The notes beneath the pieces were generated by a model. That model worked only from the letters and a program-made list of their open reading frames with translations, had not been told where the DNA came from and searched no databases. The translations under genes and the position numbers were made by a program. From Deltaproteobacteria bacterium (GTDB lineage: Bacteria > Myxococcota_A > UBA9160 > SZUA-336), in contig JANNLG010000056.1 of NCBI GenBank assembly GCA_031396695.1, forward strand, positions 3,853 through 67,852: a stretch of DNA of 64,000 nucleotides. Direction: 5' to 3'. Shown piece by piece: positions 55,872 to 64,000 of the stretch. The number at the start of each line of letters is the position of its first letter. The first letter of the stretch is position 1.

Positions 55872-56963
55872 ATGAAGGCGCTCGTCACTCGTGAGCTGAA
55901 CCAGTACGCCGTCGAAGACGTGACGCTCGATCCGCCGAAGGCCGGCGAGCTGCGCATCAAGATGGGCGCGACCGGCGTCTGCCACTCCGATCTCTCGGTG
56001 ATCAACGGCACGCTGCCGCTCGGCAAGCCCATGGTGCTCGGCCACGAGGGCGCGGGCGTGGTGGCCGAGATCGGCGCGGGCGTCACAGGCTTCACGATCG
56101 GTGACCACGTGGTGCTCTCCTTCGCGCCCGCCTGCGGCGTGTGCTCGTACTGCAAGAACAAGCAGCCGCAGTTCTGCACGATCGGCGGACCGCACGGCCG
56201 CATGCTCGACGGCACCGCGCGCATGCACGACAAGAGCGGCGCGGATCTGGGCGTGATGCAGTTCCTGGGTTGCATGGCGGAACAGGTGATCGTGCCGGCG
56301 ATCAGCGCGTGCGTGATCGACAAGTCGATCCCGCTCGACAAGGCGGCGCTGGTCGGCTGCGGCGTGATGACAGGCGTGGGCGCGGCGATCAACACCGCCA
56401 AGGTGACGCCGGGCTCGTCGGTCGCGGTGTTCGGCTGCGGCGGAGTCGGGCTCTCGATCATCCAGGGCGCGCGGCTGGCGGGCGCGGCCAAGATCATCGG
56501 AGTCGACGTGGCCGACAAGAAGCTCGAGATGGCGCGTCACTTCGGTGCGACGCACACCGTGAACGGCGCCAAGGAGAGCTCGGTCATGAAGTGCAAGGAG
56601 CTCACCGGCGGCCAGGGCCCGGACTTCACCTTCGAGGCGGTCGGCATTCCTCAACTCATGCTCGAAGCGCACGCGGCCGGTCGGCGCGGCGCGACCACCA
56701 CGATCGTCGGCGTCGGCAAGCTCACCGAGCAGGTGCCCTTCAACGGTCTGATGCTCTCGATGGAGGGCAAGACCATCAAGGGCAGCTTCTACGGCGACAC
56801 CAACTTCCGATCCGACTTCCCGATGCTGCTCGACCTCTACACGGGCGGAAAGCTGAACCTCGACGACATGGTCAGCGCCACGTACTCGATCGAGGACGCG
56901 CCGCGGGCGATCCAGGATCTCGAGAAGGGTGTGAACGCGCGAGGGGTGATCGTCTATCGGTAG
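55872..56963 (+). CDS. Zinc-dependent alcohol dehydrogenase (MDR family)
   Basis: ..GVCHSDLSVINGT..GHEGAGVV.. and the Rossmann motif VAVFGCGGVGLS. A paralogue of frmA in this window. GGAGA precedes the ATG. Confidence 0.85.
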   Translation: MKALVTRELNQYAVEDVTLDPPKAGELRIKMGATGVCHSDLSVINGTLPLGKPMVLGHEGAGVVAEIGAGVTGFTIGDHVVLSFAPACGVCSYCKNKQPQFCTIGGPHGRMLDGTARMHDKSGADLGVMQFLGCMAEQVIVPAISACVIDKSIPLDKAALVGCGVMTGVGAAINTAKVTPGSSVAVFGCGGVGLSIIQGARLAGAAKIIGVDVADKKLEMARHFGATHTVNGAKESSVMKCKELTGGQGPDFTFEAVGIPQLMLEAHAAGRRGATTTIVGVGKLTEQVPFNGLMLSMEGKTIKGSFYGDTNFRSDFPMLLDLYTGGKLNLDDMVSATYSIEDAPRAIQDLEKGVNARGVIVYR

Positions 56964-57267
56964 GTCTGTCCGTCGTGGACGCTACGGGCGCCAGGCCGAG
57001 CGCGTAGCGCAGCATCAGGCGGGCGGGATCGGCCATGCAGAGCTCGACGCGGGCATCGCTCGCCACGCGCTCGAAGGCCTTGGCCAGCGCTTCGCGATTG
57101 CTGAACTGTACGGTCGTCACGTCCATCGTCGTGCCTCCTATCGACTCTCTCGCAGAGCTTGACTCGCAATCCGCGTGCCGGCTTTACCGACGTGCGCTTC
57201 GTCATCACAACGTCGGGCGTGCACAGTTTCTGTGCGACGCGCGTCACGCTCGTGACACAATCGCGGC

Positions 57268-57778
57268 ATGACGTACTGGGAGCGCGCGCCCGATCCGCGG
57301 CTGGCTCGGTTCGTCGAGCGGATCGCGTTCTCGACCGACCCGGCCGGCGAGCCGTCGCCACCGATCCGTGTCATCCCGGACGGACGCATCGATCTGCTGC
57401 TCTCGGTCGACGATCGAGGTGAGGGGCGAGCGGACGTTTTCGGAGTGCGCGCTCGCGCGACTCGCGACCGAGCGCATCGAGCGCGCGCCGGGGCAAGTCC
57501 GGATCGCCGAGCTCGCGTCCGCGCTCGGGGTCGGCGAGCGGCGGCTCGAGCGCGCGTTCCGGGCGCACGTGGGCGTGTCGCCGAAGACGTTCGCGCGCAT
57601 CGCGCGCTTCGGCGCGGCCTGGCGCGCGCTCGAGCTCGGCGGCCGGCCGGTCGAGATCGCGCAGGGCTACTTCGACCAGCCGCACCTCGTGCGCGATTTC
57701 GTGGCGTTCGCGTGCGACTCCCCGCGTCGGATTTTTCCAAGCCTCGGGCGGGGCGGCGCGGCTAGCCTCGGCGCATGA
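57268..57778 (+). pseudogene. AraC-family transcriptional regulator disrupted by a frameshift and probable internal deletion
   Basis: An N-terminal AraC-associated segment (MTYWERAPDPRLARFVERIAF..RVIPDGRIDLLLS) in one frame and an AraC HTH (..IAELASALGVGERRLERAFRAHVGVSPKTFARIARF..) in the +1 frame, switching near 57420. The segment between them is about 90 aa shorter than typical homologues. Confidence 0.5.
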
Positions 57779-58677
57779 AGAAGCTGTCCGCTCCGAACTT
57801 CCAACGCGCCCGAGAGTTTCTCCACGGCCAGGCGCGCCCGCTCGAACGGGCGCTGTTCGCGCACGAATTCGAGGCGGGCCCGCGCGCCGCCGTGCTCGAG
57901 GCGCTGGCCGCGTTCCAGAACGCGGATGGCGGCTATGGCCACGCGCTCGAGCCGGATCTGCGCCTGCCCGCGACGTCGGGAATCGCGACGCTGACCGGGC
58001 TCGACGTGCTGCGCGCGATCCACGCCGATGCGGACGAGCCGCAGGTTCGCCGCGCGCTCGCCTGGGTGGTTTCGGCCTACGACGAAGCGGTGCCCGGCTG
58101 GCGCTCGGTTCCGCCATCGGTCGACGATTTCGCGCACGCGCGCCACTGGAGCTGGGATCGCCACGCCGCAGGCGCTCCCTGGCCACACATCCTCGTCCCC
58201 GGCGCGGGCCTGCTCTCGCACCTGCAGCGCTGGCGTGCGCTCGCGCCCGCGGCGCTAGTCGCGAGCTACACCGAAGCGTTTCGCGCGCACGTCGCGACGA
58301 TCACGGCGCCCGCCTTCGGCGACGGCCTCCACTACGCCTCGACCGTCGACGATCCGCAGGTGCGCGAAACGCTGCGCCAGCTCGCGCGCGAGAGCGTGAA
58401 CGCGAACCCCACCGAATGGGCTGGGTACGTGAACAAACCGCTCAAGCTCGCGCCGCTGCCGGGAAGCCTGTTCGCGGACATTCTCGCCGGGCCGGTGGCG
58501 GCGAACCTCGACTACGAGATCGAGCAGCAGCAAAGTGACGGCGGCTGGCTGCCGAACTGGTCCTGGTTCGGTGCCTACGAGGCGGACTGGCAGGTCGCGA
58601 AGCGCGAGTGGCGCGGCGAGCTGACGCTGAAGACGCTGCGCAGCCTGCGCGCGTTCGGGCGCATCGAGGGCCTGTAG
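57775..58677 (+). CDS. Hypothetical protein with prenyltransferase/terpene-cyclase-like (alpha-alpha toroid) repeat signature (..QNADGGYG..)
   Basis: ATG overlaps the stop of the HTH-encoding frame (ATGA). Repeat motifs resemble PFTB/SQHop-cyclase repeats. The assignment is tentative. Confidence 0.5.
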   Translation: MKKLSAPNFQRAREFLHGQARPLERALFAHEFEAGPRAAVLEALAAFQNADGGYGHALEPDLRLPATSGIATLTGLDVLRAIHADADEPQVRRALAWVVSAYDEAVPGWRSVPPSVDDFAHARHWSWDRHAAGAPWPHILVPGAGLLSHLQRWRALAPAALVASYTEAFRAHVATITAPAFGDGLHYASTVDDPQVRETLRQLARESVNANPTEWAGYVNKPLKLAPLPGSLFADILAGPVAANLDYEIEQQQSDGGWLPNWSWFGAYEADWQVAKREWRGELTLKTLRSLRAFGRIEGL

Positions 58678-58722
58678 CGCGCGTCACTCCTCAACGCGCG
58701 CGGCCGAAAAGCCGATTCGGAA

Positions 58723-60006
58723 ATGGGTCCGTTCGAGGTCGGCAACCGCATGAGCGAGAGCACGAGCCAGAGGAGTCCATTGGCGTCCATCGGTGACCTG
58801 TACGCCGAAATCTGCGCGGAGTTCTCCCGCCAGGGAGCGCTCGGGGTGCTCTACGTCGACTGTTCGACGCTCGACGAGGTCGAGCGCGGCTACGGCGAGA
58901 ACGCGCACGCGGGTGCGCTCGCGGCGGTGGCGGAGATCGTCGCCGGCGCGTGTCTGGAAGTGCTCGGCCGGCGCGAGCCGGTGGCGCGCGGCGAGGCCGG
59001 TCGCGGCGAGGTGTTCTGTTTCATCGCGCGCGAGCCGCGCGACGTCGACTTCCTGGCCAAGGGCCTGCCTGCGCTCGAGCGCGCGGTGCGCGAGCGGTTG
59101 GCGCGAAACGCGCAACGTGTCGCGTACCCGTACCTGCGCAAGATTCCGAGCCTGCCGATCGGCAGCGCGTTCGTGCAGCGCAACCCGATCGTCTCGCCGC
59201 TCTCGCAGCTGCGGCTGGGCATGGACCAGTCGCGCGACGACGCGCGCCTGAACGCGCAGCTCACGCGTCGGTCGCGGCGGCGCGAGTTCCTGGACGTGCT
59301 GATCCGCGGCCGGCTGCACTCGGTCTACGAGCCGGTGGTCGACGCGAAGTCGCTGACCGTGTTCGGCTACGAGGCGCTGGTGCGAGGCGACGAGGGCGGA
59401 CCGTTCGGCTCGCCCGCGGAGCTGTTCGGGATCGCGGCCGAGGAAGGACTTTTGTTCGAGCTCGACTGTCAGTGTAGGCGCGCGGCGGTCGAGGGCGCGA
59501 TCGACTTTCCGGAAGGCGCGAAGCTGTTCATGAACATCCGCCCGACCGCGATCCACGACCCGAGCTTCCAGCCCGACGCGCTCACCCGCACCCTCGAGCA
59601 CTGCGGCCTGTCGCCCGCGGAGGTGGTGTTCGAGATCTCCGAGCAGGAGTCGATCGAGAACTACGACATCTTCCGCGAGGCGCGCGACAACTACGGCAAG
59701 CTCGGCTTCCAGTTCGCGCTCGACGACACCGGCGCGGGCTACGCGAGCCTCGAAGCGGTGATGGAGCTCGCGCCCGAGTTCATCAAGGTCGACCGCGCGT
59801 TCGTGCGCGGCATCGACCAGGACGCCGCGCGTCAGAACATGGTGCGCGCGTTCCAGACCATCGCCAGCGACATGAACTCGCGCATCATCGGCGAGGGGCT
59901 CGACACGCTCGAAGAGCTGCGGATGCTCGGGCAGATGGGGATTCAGTTCGGGCAGGGCTGGCTGTTCGGAAAGCCCTCTCCGCTGCGCGCCGACGGCGGC
60001 TCGTAG
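58723..60006 (+). CDS. EAL-domain c-di-GMP phosphodiesterase with an N-terminal degenerate GGDEF-like domain
   Basis: EAL signature (..FGYEALVRGDEGG..) plus downstream DDTGAGYAS and QGWLFGKP motifs. The N-terminal region has a degenerate GGDEF-like pattern (RGEAGRGEVFCFIA). Confidence 0.8.
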   Translation: MGPFEVGNRMSESTSQRSPLASIGDLYAEICAEFSRQGALGVLYVDCSTLDEVERGYGENAHAGALAAVAEIVAGACLEVLGRREPVARGEAGRGEVFCFIAREPRDVDFLAKGLPALERAVRERLARNAQRVAYPYLRKIPSLPIGSAFVQRNPIVSPLSQLRLGMDQSRDDARLNAQLTRRSRRREFLDVLIRGRLHSVYEPVVDAKSLTVFGYEALVRGDEGGPFGSPAELFGIAAEEGLLFELDCQCRRAAVEGAIDFPEGAKLFMNIRPTAIHDPSFQPDALTRTLEHCGLSPAEVVFEISEQESIENYDIFREARDNYGKLGFQFALDDTGAGYASLEAVMELAPEFIKVDRAFVRGIDQDAARQNMVRAFQTIASDMNSRIIGEGLDTLEELRMLGQMGIQFGQGWLFGKPSPLRADGGS

Positions 60007-60018
60007 CTCGAAGTCCGC

Positions 60019-61095
60019 TCACTTTGCCAGGCGGACGCGGACGATCCGGTCGCCTTTGAAGGAGCCGACAATGAGTTCGTCGTCGATGCGCAGGGCGGCG
60101 GTGCCGGCGCCCATCGGAGGGCCGGCGTTTTCGTAGAGCGCGTGGGGCTTCAGGGTTTCGGGGTCCAGCTCGACGATCGAGTAGTGGAAGGGGCAGGCGC
60201 CCGCTTCGATTTCGCCGCAGGCGAGCAGCTCGTTTAGCGGGGCGTTGTGCGAGGCGACCAGCAGGCTGCCGTCGGGGCTCCAGAGGACGTTGTCGGGGCT
60301 CGCGATCTCGACGCTCGCGAGTGTCGCTCCGGTCTTGCGCGAGATCTTCCGGACCTCGTCGCCGAGGTACAGGTCTACGTAGATCGACTCGCCATCGGGC
60401 GAGACCTCGATGCCGTTCGGCATCGCGCCGTCGCTCTCGGGCAGCTTCGTGAAGCCCGTGCCGGGCTGCCACTCGAACACCCAGCCGGTGGACATTCCGA
60501 CCAGACCCGTGAGCATCGCGACCACGCCGCCGTTGCGCGGGAACATGTGCGTGGTGACGAAGCCGCCGTCGGGCAGCGACGCGACGTCGTTCAGGAACGA
60601 CTCCGCGGGCGGCAGCGCGCAGCCGCGCCAGGCGAGTGACGGAGCCGCGTCGGTGTCGCTGGCCTCGAAGAACTCGATCGACTCGCGGCCACCGTGGTTC
60701 ACGACCAGGAGCTGGAGCGCGCCGTCGGGCCGTCGGGCGAGGGCGAGACCGTGCGGGCTGAACTTCGCGTCGGGCGCGCCCGGGCAGGCCGGGTCACCCC
60801 AGCCGGCCGTCGGCGCGAGCGCGGACGCGGCGCCGGCGAAGGCCGGCGTGGTCTCGTCGGTCGCGAGCTCGAAGAAGACCAGGCTGCCGGGCTCACTGCC
60901 GTCCATCTCGCCCATCTGGCTGATCACGAGATTCCTTCCGCTCGGGAGCAGCGCGAGGTCTTCGGGGTTCTGGAAGCCGCACACCGGTCGCGCGTCGTCG
61001 CTGGCCTTGCAGTCGACGATCGCGGGCCGCGGTTTGGAGCACGCTGCGAGCGCGAACGCGGCGGTGAGCACGAGCGCTGCGTAGCGCGCGCTCAT
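60019..61095 (-). CDS. Lipoprotein with a predicted beta-propeller (SMP-30/strictosidine-synthase-like) fold
   Basis: Signal/lipobox (LVLTAAFALAACS). The start overlaps the xth stop (ATGA). Confidence 0.65.
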   Translation of the reverse strand: MSARYAALVLTAAFALAACSKPRPAIVDCKASDDARPVCGFQNPEDLALLPSGRNLVISQMGEMDGSEPGSLVFFELATDETTPAFAGAASALAPTAGWGDPACPGAPDAKFSPHGLALARRPDGALQLLVVNHGGRESIEFFEASDTDAAPSLAWRGCALPPAESFLNDVASLPDGGFVTTHMFPRNGGVVAMLTGLVGMSTGWVFEWQPGTGFTKLPESDGAMPNGIEVSPDGESIYVDLYLGDEVRKISRKTGATLASVEIASPDNVLWSPDGSLLVASHNAPLNELLACGEIEAGACPFHYSIVELDPETLKPHALYENAGPPMGAGTAALRIDDELIVGSFKGDRIVRVRLAK

Positions 61096-61871
61096 TTCAA
61101 CACCGCCAGCACCGGAGCGTGGTCGCTCGCGCCCTTGCCCTTGCGCTCTTCTCGGTCGATCACGACGTCCTCCAGTTTCTCGACGAGCGGCCGCGTCAGC
61201 AGCACGTGGTCGATGCGAAGCCCGCGGTTCTTCGGAAAGCCGAGCTCGCGGTAGTCCCACCAGGTGAACGCGACGCGCTCGGGGTAGTGCTTCCGGAACG
61301 AGTCGATCAGGCCCCAGTCGAGCAAACGCGCCAGCGCCGCGCGCTCGGCGTCGCTGCACAGCACCTGACCGCGCCAGGCTTCGGGATCGTGCACGTCGGC
61401 GTCGGCCGGAGCGACGTTGAAGTCGCCGACCAGTGCGAGCGGGCGCGCGGGATCGGCCTCGCGTTCGAGCAGCTTCCGCAGCCGTTCCAGCCATTCGAGC
61501 TTGTAGGCGTACTTGTCGCTGCCGACCGACTGGCCGTTCGGCACGTAGGCGCAGATCACGCGCACGCCCGCGATCGTGGCGGCCAGCAGGCGCGCCTGTT
61601 CGTCGTCGCCTCCATCGCGGAAGCCGCACGCGATATCCGCGGCCTCGAGCTTCGAGAGGATCGCGACGCCGTTGTAGGACTTCTGGCCCGCGAACGCGCT
61701 CGCGTAGCCGGCGGCGCGCAGCACCTCGGCGGGAAAGTCCGCGTCGATCACCTTCGTCTCCTGCAGGCAGACCACGTCGGGCGCGTGGCGCGCGAGCAGG
61801 GCGAGCAGGCGTTCGAGGCGCTGCCGGATCGAGTTGACGTTCCAGGTAACCAGCTTCACGGCGACCGGCAT
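61092..61871 (-). CDS. xth: Exodeoxyribonuclease III
   Basis: ..LVTWNVNSIRQR..VVCLQETK..DFNVAP..RIDHVLL.. (EEP-family AP endonuclease). ATG at 61871. Confidence 0.9.
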   Translation of the reverse strand: MPVAVKLVTWNVNSIRQRLERLLALLARHAPDVVCLQETKVIDADFPAEVLRAAGYASAFAGQKSYNGVAILSKLEAADIACGFRDGGDDEQARLLAATIAGVRVICAYVPNGQSVGSDKYAYKLEWLERLRKLLEREADPARPLALVGDFNVAPADADVHDPEAWRGQVLCSDAERAALARLLDWGLIDSFRKHYPERVAFTWWDYRELGFPKNRGLRIDHVLLTRPLVEKLEDVVIDREERKGKGASDHAPVLAVLK

Positions 61872-61924
61872 CGTAGCCAAAGACGTTGCTTGACGGGTCC
61901 GGAGCCCGGGCCGAAGGTAGACCG

Positions 61925-64000
61925 ATGCTGTGCGCGCGGTGCGGGACGGAGCTCCTGCCGGGAAAGAAGTTCTGCCACGCGTGTGGCGTCGCCGCGGCGG
62001 CGGCCTGCGCGTCGTGCGGCGCGCGCATCGACCCGAGCTGGCGCTTCTGTCCCGAGTGCGGGCGCCCGATCGGCGAGGCCGCGAAGCGGATCGTGGAGCC
62101 AGCGACCGCGGCCACGGGGTCTGCTTCCGCACCGGCTCCCATTCCCGCGAATGCGCCGATCGCGCGCATAGCGGAATCCATTCCCGAGCCGCTCGCGGCG
62201 CGCATCCGCTCCTCGGGCGCGGTCGCCGGCGAGCGCAAGCGGGCGACGGTCTTCTTCTGCGATCTGGTCGGCTCGACCGCGCTCGCGGAGCGGCTCGATC
62301 CCGAGGTCTACCGCGAGCTGCTCGATCGCTACCTGGAGCTGGTGTTCGCAGAGATCTACCGCTTCGAGGGGATCGTGAACCAGCTCGCGGGCGACGGGCT
62401 GATGGCGCTGTTCGGCGCGCCGATCGCGCATGAGGATGCGCCCGAACGCGCGGTGCGCGCGGCGCTCGCGATCCAGACCTCGCTCGGCGAGCTCTCCAAG
62501 CGCCTGCTCGCGGAGCGCGGCGTCGCCTTGCGCGCGCGCGTCGGCATCCACACCGGGATCGTGGTGGCGGGCACGGTCGGCAACGACCTGAAGATGGACT
62601 ACACCGCGATCGGCGACACCACGAATCTGGCCGCGCGGCTGCAGTCGCTCGCGGCGCCGGGCACGATCATGGTGTCCGAAGCGACGCACGCGCTGCTGCG
62701 CGGCGGTTTCCGCACCGCGCCGCTCGGTCCGTTCGACGTGAAGGGCAAGCGCGAGCCGGTCTCGGCGCACCAGGTGCTCGGCCTGGCCGAGCGCGCGCCG
62801 GCGTTCAGCGGCGAACGAGGCGAGCTGACGCCGCTGTTCGGTCGCGAAGCGGAGCTCGCGCAGCTCGAGGGTTGCTTCGATCGACTCGAGACGGGGCTGG
62901 CGCAGGTGGTGTCGATCGTCGGCGATGCGGGCATCGGCAAGTCGCGACTCGTGCACGAGCTGAAGAAGCGTCTCTCCGGGCGCGAGTTCGAACTGCTCGA
63001 GACGCGCTGTTCGTCGCTGACGCGCTCGGTGCCGTACGCGCCCTGGACGGCGATGCTGCGCGGTTGGTTCGGCGTCACCTCTGCCGACGACGAGCGCTGC
63101 GCGTGCGAGAAGATCGGCAAGCGGCTGGAGAATGCGGAAGGGACGAGCGACTCGGACTACTCGGATCTGTGTTGGATGCTCGCGCTGCCCGTCGAGGCCA
63201 AGGCCGATGCCGAGCACCAGCCGGCGACTCCGCACGGCTTCGCGGCTGTCTCGCGTCTGATCGAGCGCACCTCGCGGCGAGTGCCGGTGGTGATGATCAT
63301 CGAGGATTTGCACTGGCTCGACGACGCGTCGCGCGAGGTGCTCGAGAAAGCGGTCGCACACGCGGGTGGGGCGAGGCTGATGATCGTCACGACGCACCGC
63401 CCCGAGCACAAGCCGCACTGGCAGCCGAACGGCGCGTTCACGCAGCTGCGCCTGCGGCCGCTCGGCGAGCTCGACGCAGGCAAGATCGTGCGCGCGCGCG
63501 CGGGTGGCGTGGTGCCGCGCGAGGTCGAAGAGCGCATCCTGCGCAAGGCCGACGGCAATCCGTTCTACCTCGAGGAGCTGACCCGAACGCTGGTCGAGGA
63601 CGGCACGCTGGTCGCGCGCGACGGACAGGTCGTGGTGACGCGCCGCTCCGAGGAGATCCGGATTCCGGACACGATCGGCGAGGTGCTCGGCGCGCGCATC
63701 GACCGGCTGCGACCGGCCGCGAAGCGCGTGGCGCAGGTCGCGTCCGTGCTCGGGCGACAGTTCCATCGCAGGCACCTCCAGGTCCTGCTCGAGCCCGAGT
63801 CGATCGACGTCCTGGCCGAGCTCGCTGAGCTCGAGCGCCGCGGCGTGCTGCACCGAAACGGCGGAATGGCGACCGACGAGTTCCGCTTCGGCGAGAGCCT
63901 GACGCAGGAGGTCGCGTACGAGGGCCTGCTCCTGCGCGAGCGCAGGTCGCTGCACGACCGCGTGGCGGCGATGCTCGAGGCGGAGAGCCGCGACCCGACA
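61925..64000 (+). CDS. Class III adenylate/guanylate cyclase fused to a STAND/AAA ATPase, with an N-terminal double zinc ribbon (5' part; continues beyond the window)
   Basis: Hand translation: MLCARCGTELLPGKKFCHACG..CASCGARIDPSWRFCPECG; cyclase motifs ATVFFCDLVGSTA and GDGLMALFGAP; P-loop SIVGDAGIGKS. Not in the ORF track because there is no stop before the window end. Confidence 0.8.
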   Translation, partial: MLCARCGTELLPGKKFCHACGVAAAAACASCGARIDPSWRFCPECGRPIGEAAKRIVEPATAATGSASAPAPIPANAPIARIAESIPEPLAARIRSSGAVAGERKRATVFFCDLVGSTALAERLDPEVYRELLDRYLELVFAEIYRFEGIVNQLAGDGLMALFGAPIAHEDAPERAVRAALAIQTSLGELSKRLLAERGVALRARVGIHTGIVVAGTVGNDLKMDYTAIGDTTNLAARLQSLAAPGTIMVSEATHALLRGGFRTAPLGPFDVKGKREPVSAHQVLGLAERAPAFSGERGELTPLFGREAELAQLEGCFDRLETGLAQVVSIVGDAGIGKSRLVHELKKRLSGREFELLETRCSSLTRSVPYAPWTAMLRGWFGVTSADDERCACEKIGKRLENAEGTSDSDYSDLCWMLALPVEAKADAEHQPATPHGFAAVSRLIERTSRRVPVVMIIEDLHWLDDASREVLEKAVAHAGGARLMIVTTHRPEHKPHWQPNGAFTQLRLRPLGELDAGKIVRARAGGVVPREVEERILRKADGNPFYLEELTRTLVEDGTLVARDGQVVVTRRSEEIRIPDTIGEVLGARIDRLRPAAKRVAQVASVLGRQFHRRHLQVLLEPESIDVLAELAELERRGVLHRNGGMATDEFRFGESLTQEVAYEGLLLRERRSLHDRVAAMLEAESRDPT

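Noticed and set aside
54881-56518. 545-aa minus-strand ORF overlapping the nitroreductase and ADH genes
   Set aside because: Low-complexity Pro/Ala/Arg/Ser translation; the nitroreductase (minus, other frame) and ADH (plus) have clear family motifs. Only its last 40 or so codons (54881..55003) could be a small independent ORF, and that is unsupported.
60019-63955. Long minus-strand ORFs 60019..62238 (N-terminal part) and 61856..63955
   Set aside because: Antisense to xth and to the cyclase-AAA gene respectively. Only the lipoprotein part 60019..61095 has a protein-like sequence and a proper start.
1-64000. CRISPR arrays, tRNA/rRNA genes, insertion sequences
   Set aside because: No spaced direct-repeat arrays, no cloverleaf-like conserved tRNA segments in the few intergenic regions over 100 bp, no transposase-like ORFs. 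Intergenic spacers are mostly under 150 bp.

Overview
The window is a very GC-rich (about 70%) bacterial chromosomal segment with about 50 tightly packed genes and no rRNA, tRNA, CRISPR or obvious mobile element. Gene content (exceptionally large secreted ankyrin-repeat protein, PEP-CTERM protein, ABC1 kinase, c-di-GMP proteins, cyclase-STAND ATPase) suggests a Myxococcota-like deltaproteobacterium. Housekeeping genes (trmFO-xerC, argB-argF, purN, aspS, glyQS-rsmE, korAB, xth, thiolase and other acyl-CoA enzymes) are interleaved with several unusual loci. Five items deserve a second look. (1) Two selenoprotein genes are hidden by in-frame TGA codons that the six-frame ORF track reads as stops. 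Each has a hairpin resembling a SECIS (selenocysteine insertion sequence) element just downstream. One is a SelW/Rdx-like CxxU protein in the korB-ankyrin intergenic region. The other is a TlpA/redoxin-fold protein whose redox-active first Cys is replaced by Sec, heading a candidate four-gene operon with a double zinc-ribbon protein, a small coiled-coil protein and an SPFH/band-7 zinc-ribbon protein. (2) A three-gene cluster encodes a Ycf48/BNR-like lipoprotein, an RND/MMPL-type transporter and an 1834-aa outer-membrane protein. The N- and C-termini of the large protein look like a DUF1302-type beta-barrel split by an insert of over 1000 aa that carries Asp-rich, calcium-binding-like repeats. 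(3) A J-domain/TPR protein, a lidless Hsp70 and a TPR protein form a module preceded by an AT-rich nested palindrome. (4) A 35-aa hydrophobic micro-ORF lies downstream of korB. (5) An AraC-family gene is frameshifted. Coordinates were hand-counted from the printed sequence; start-codon choices are approximate where noted.
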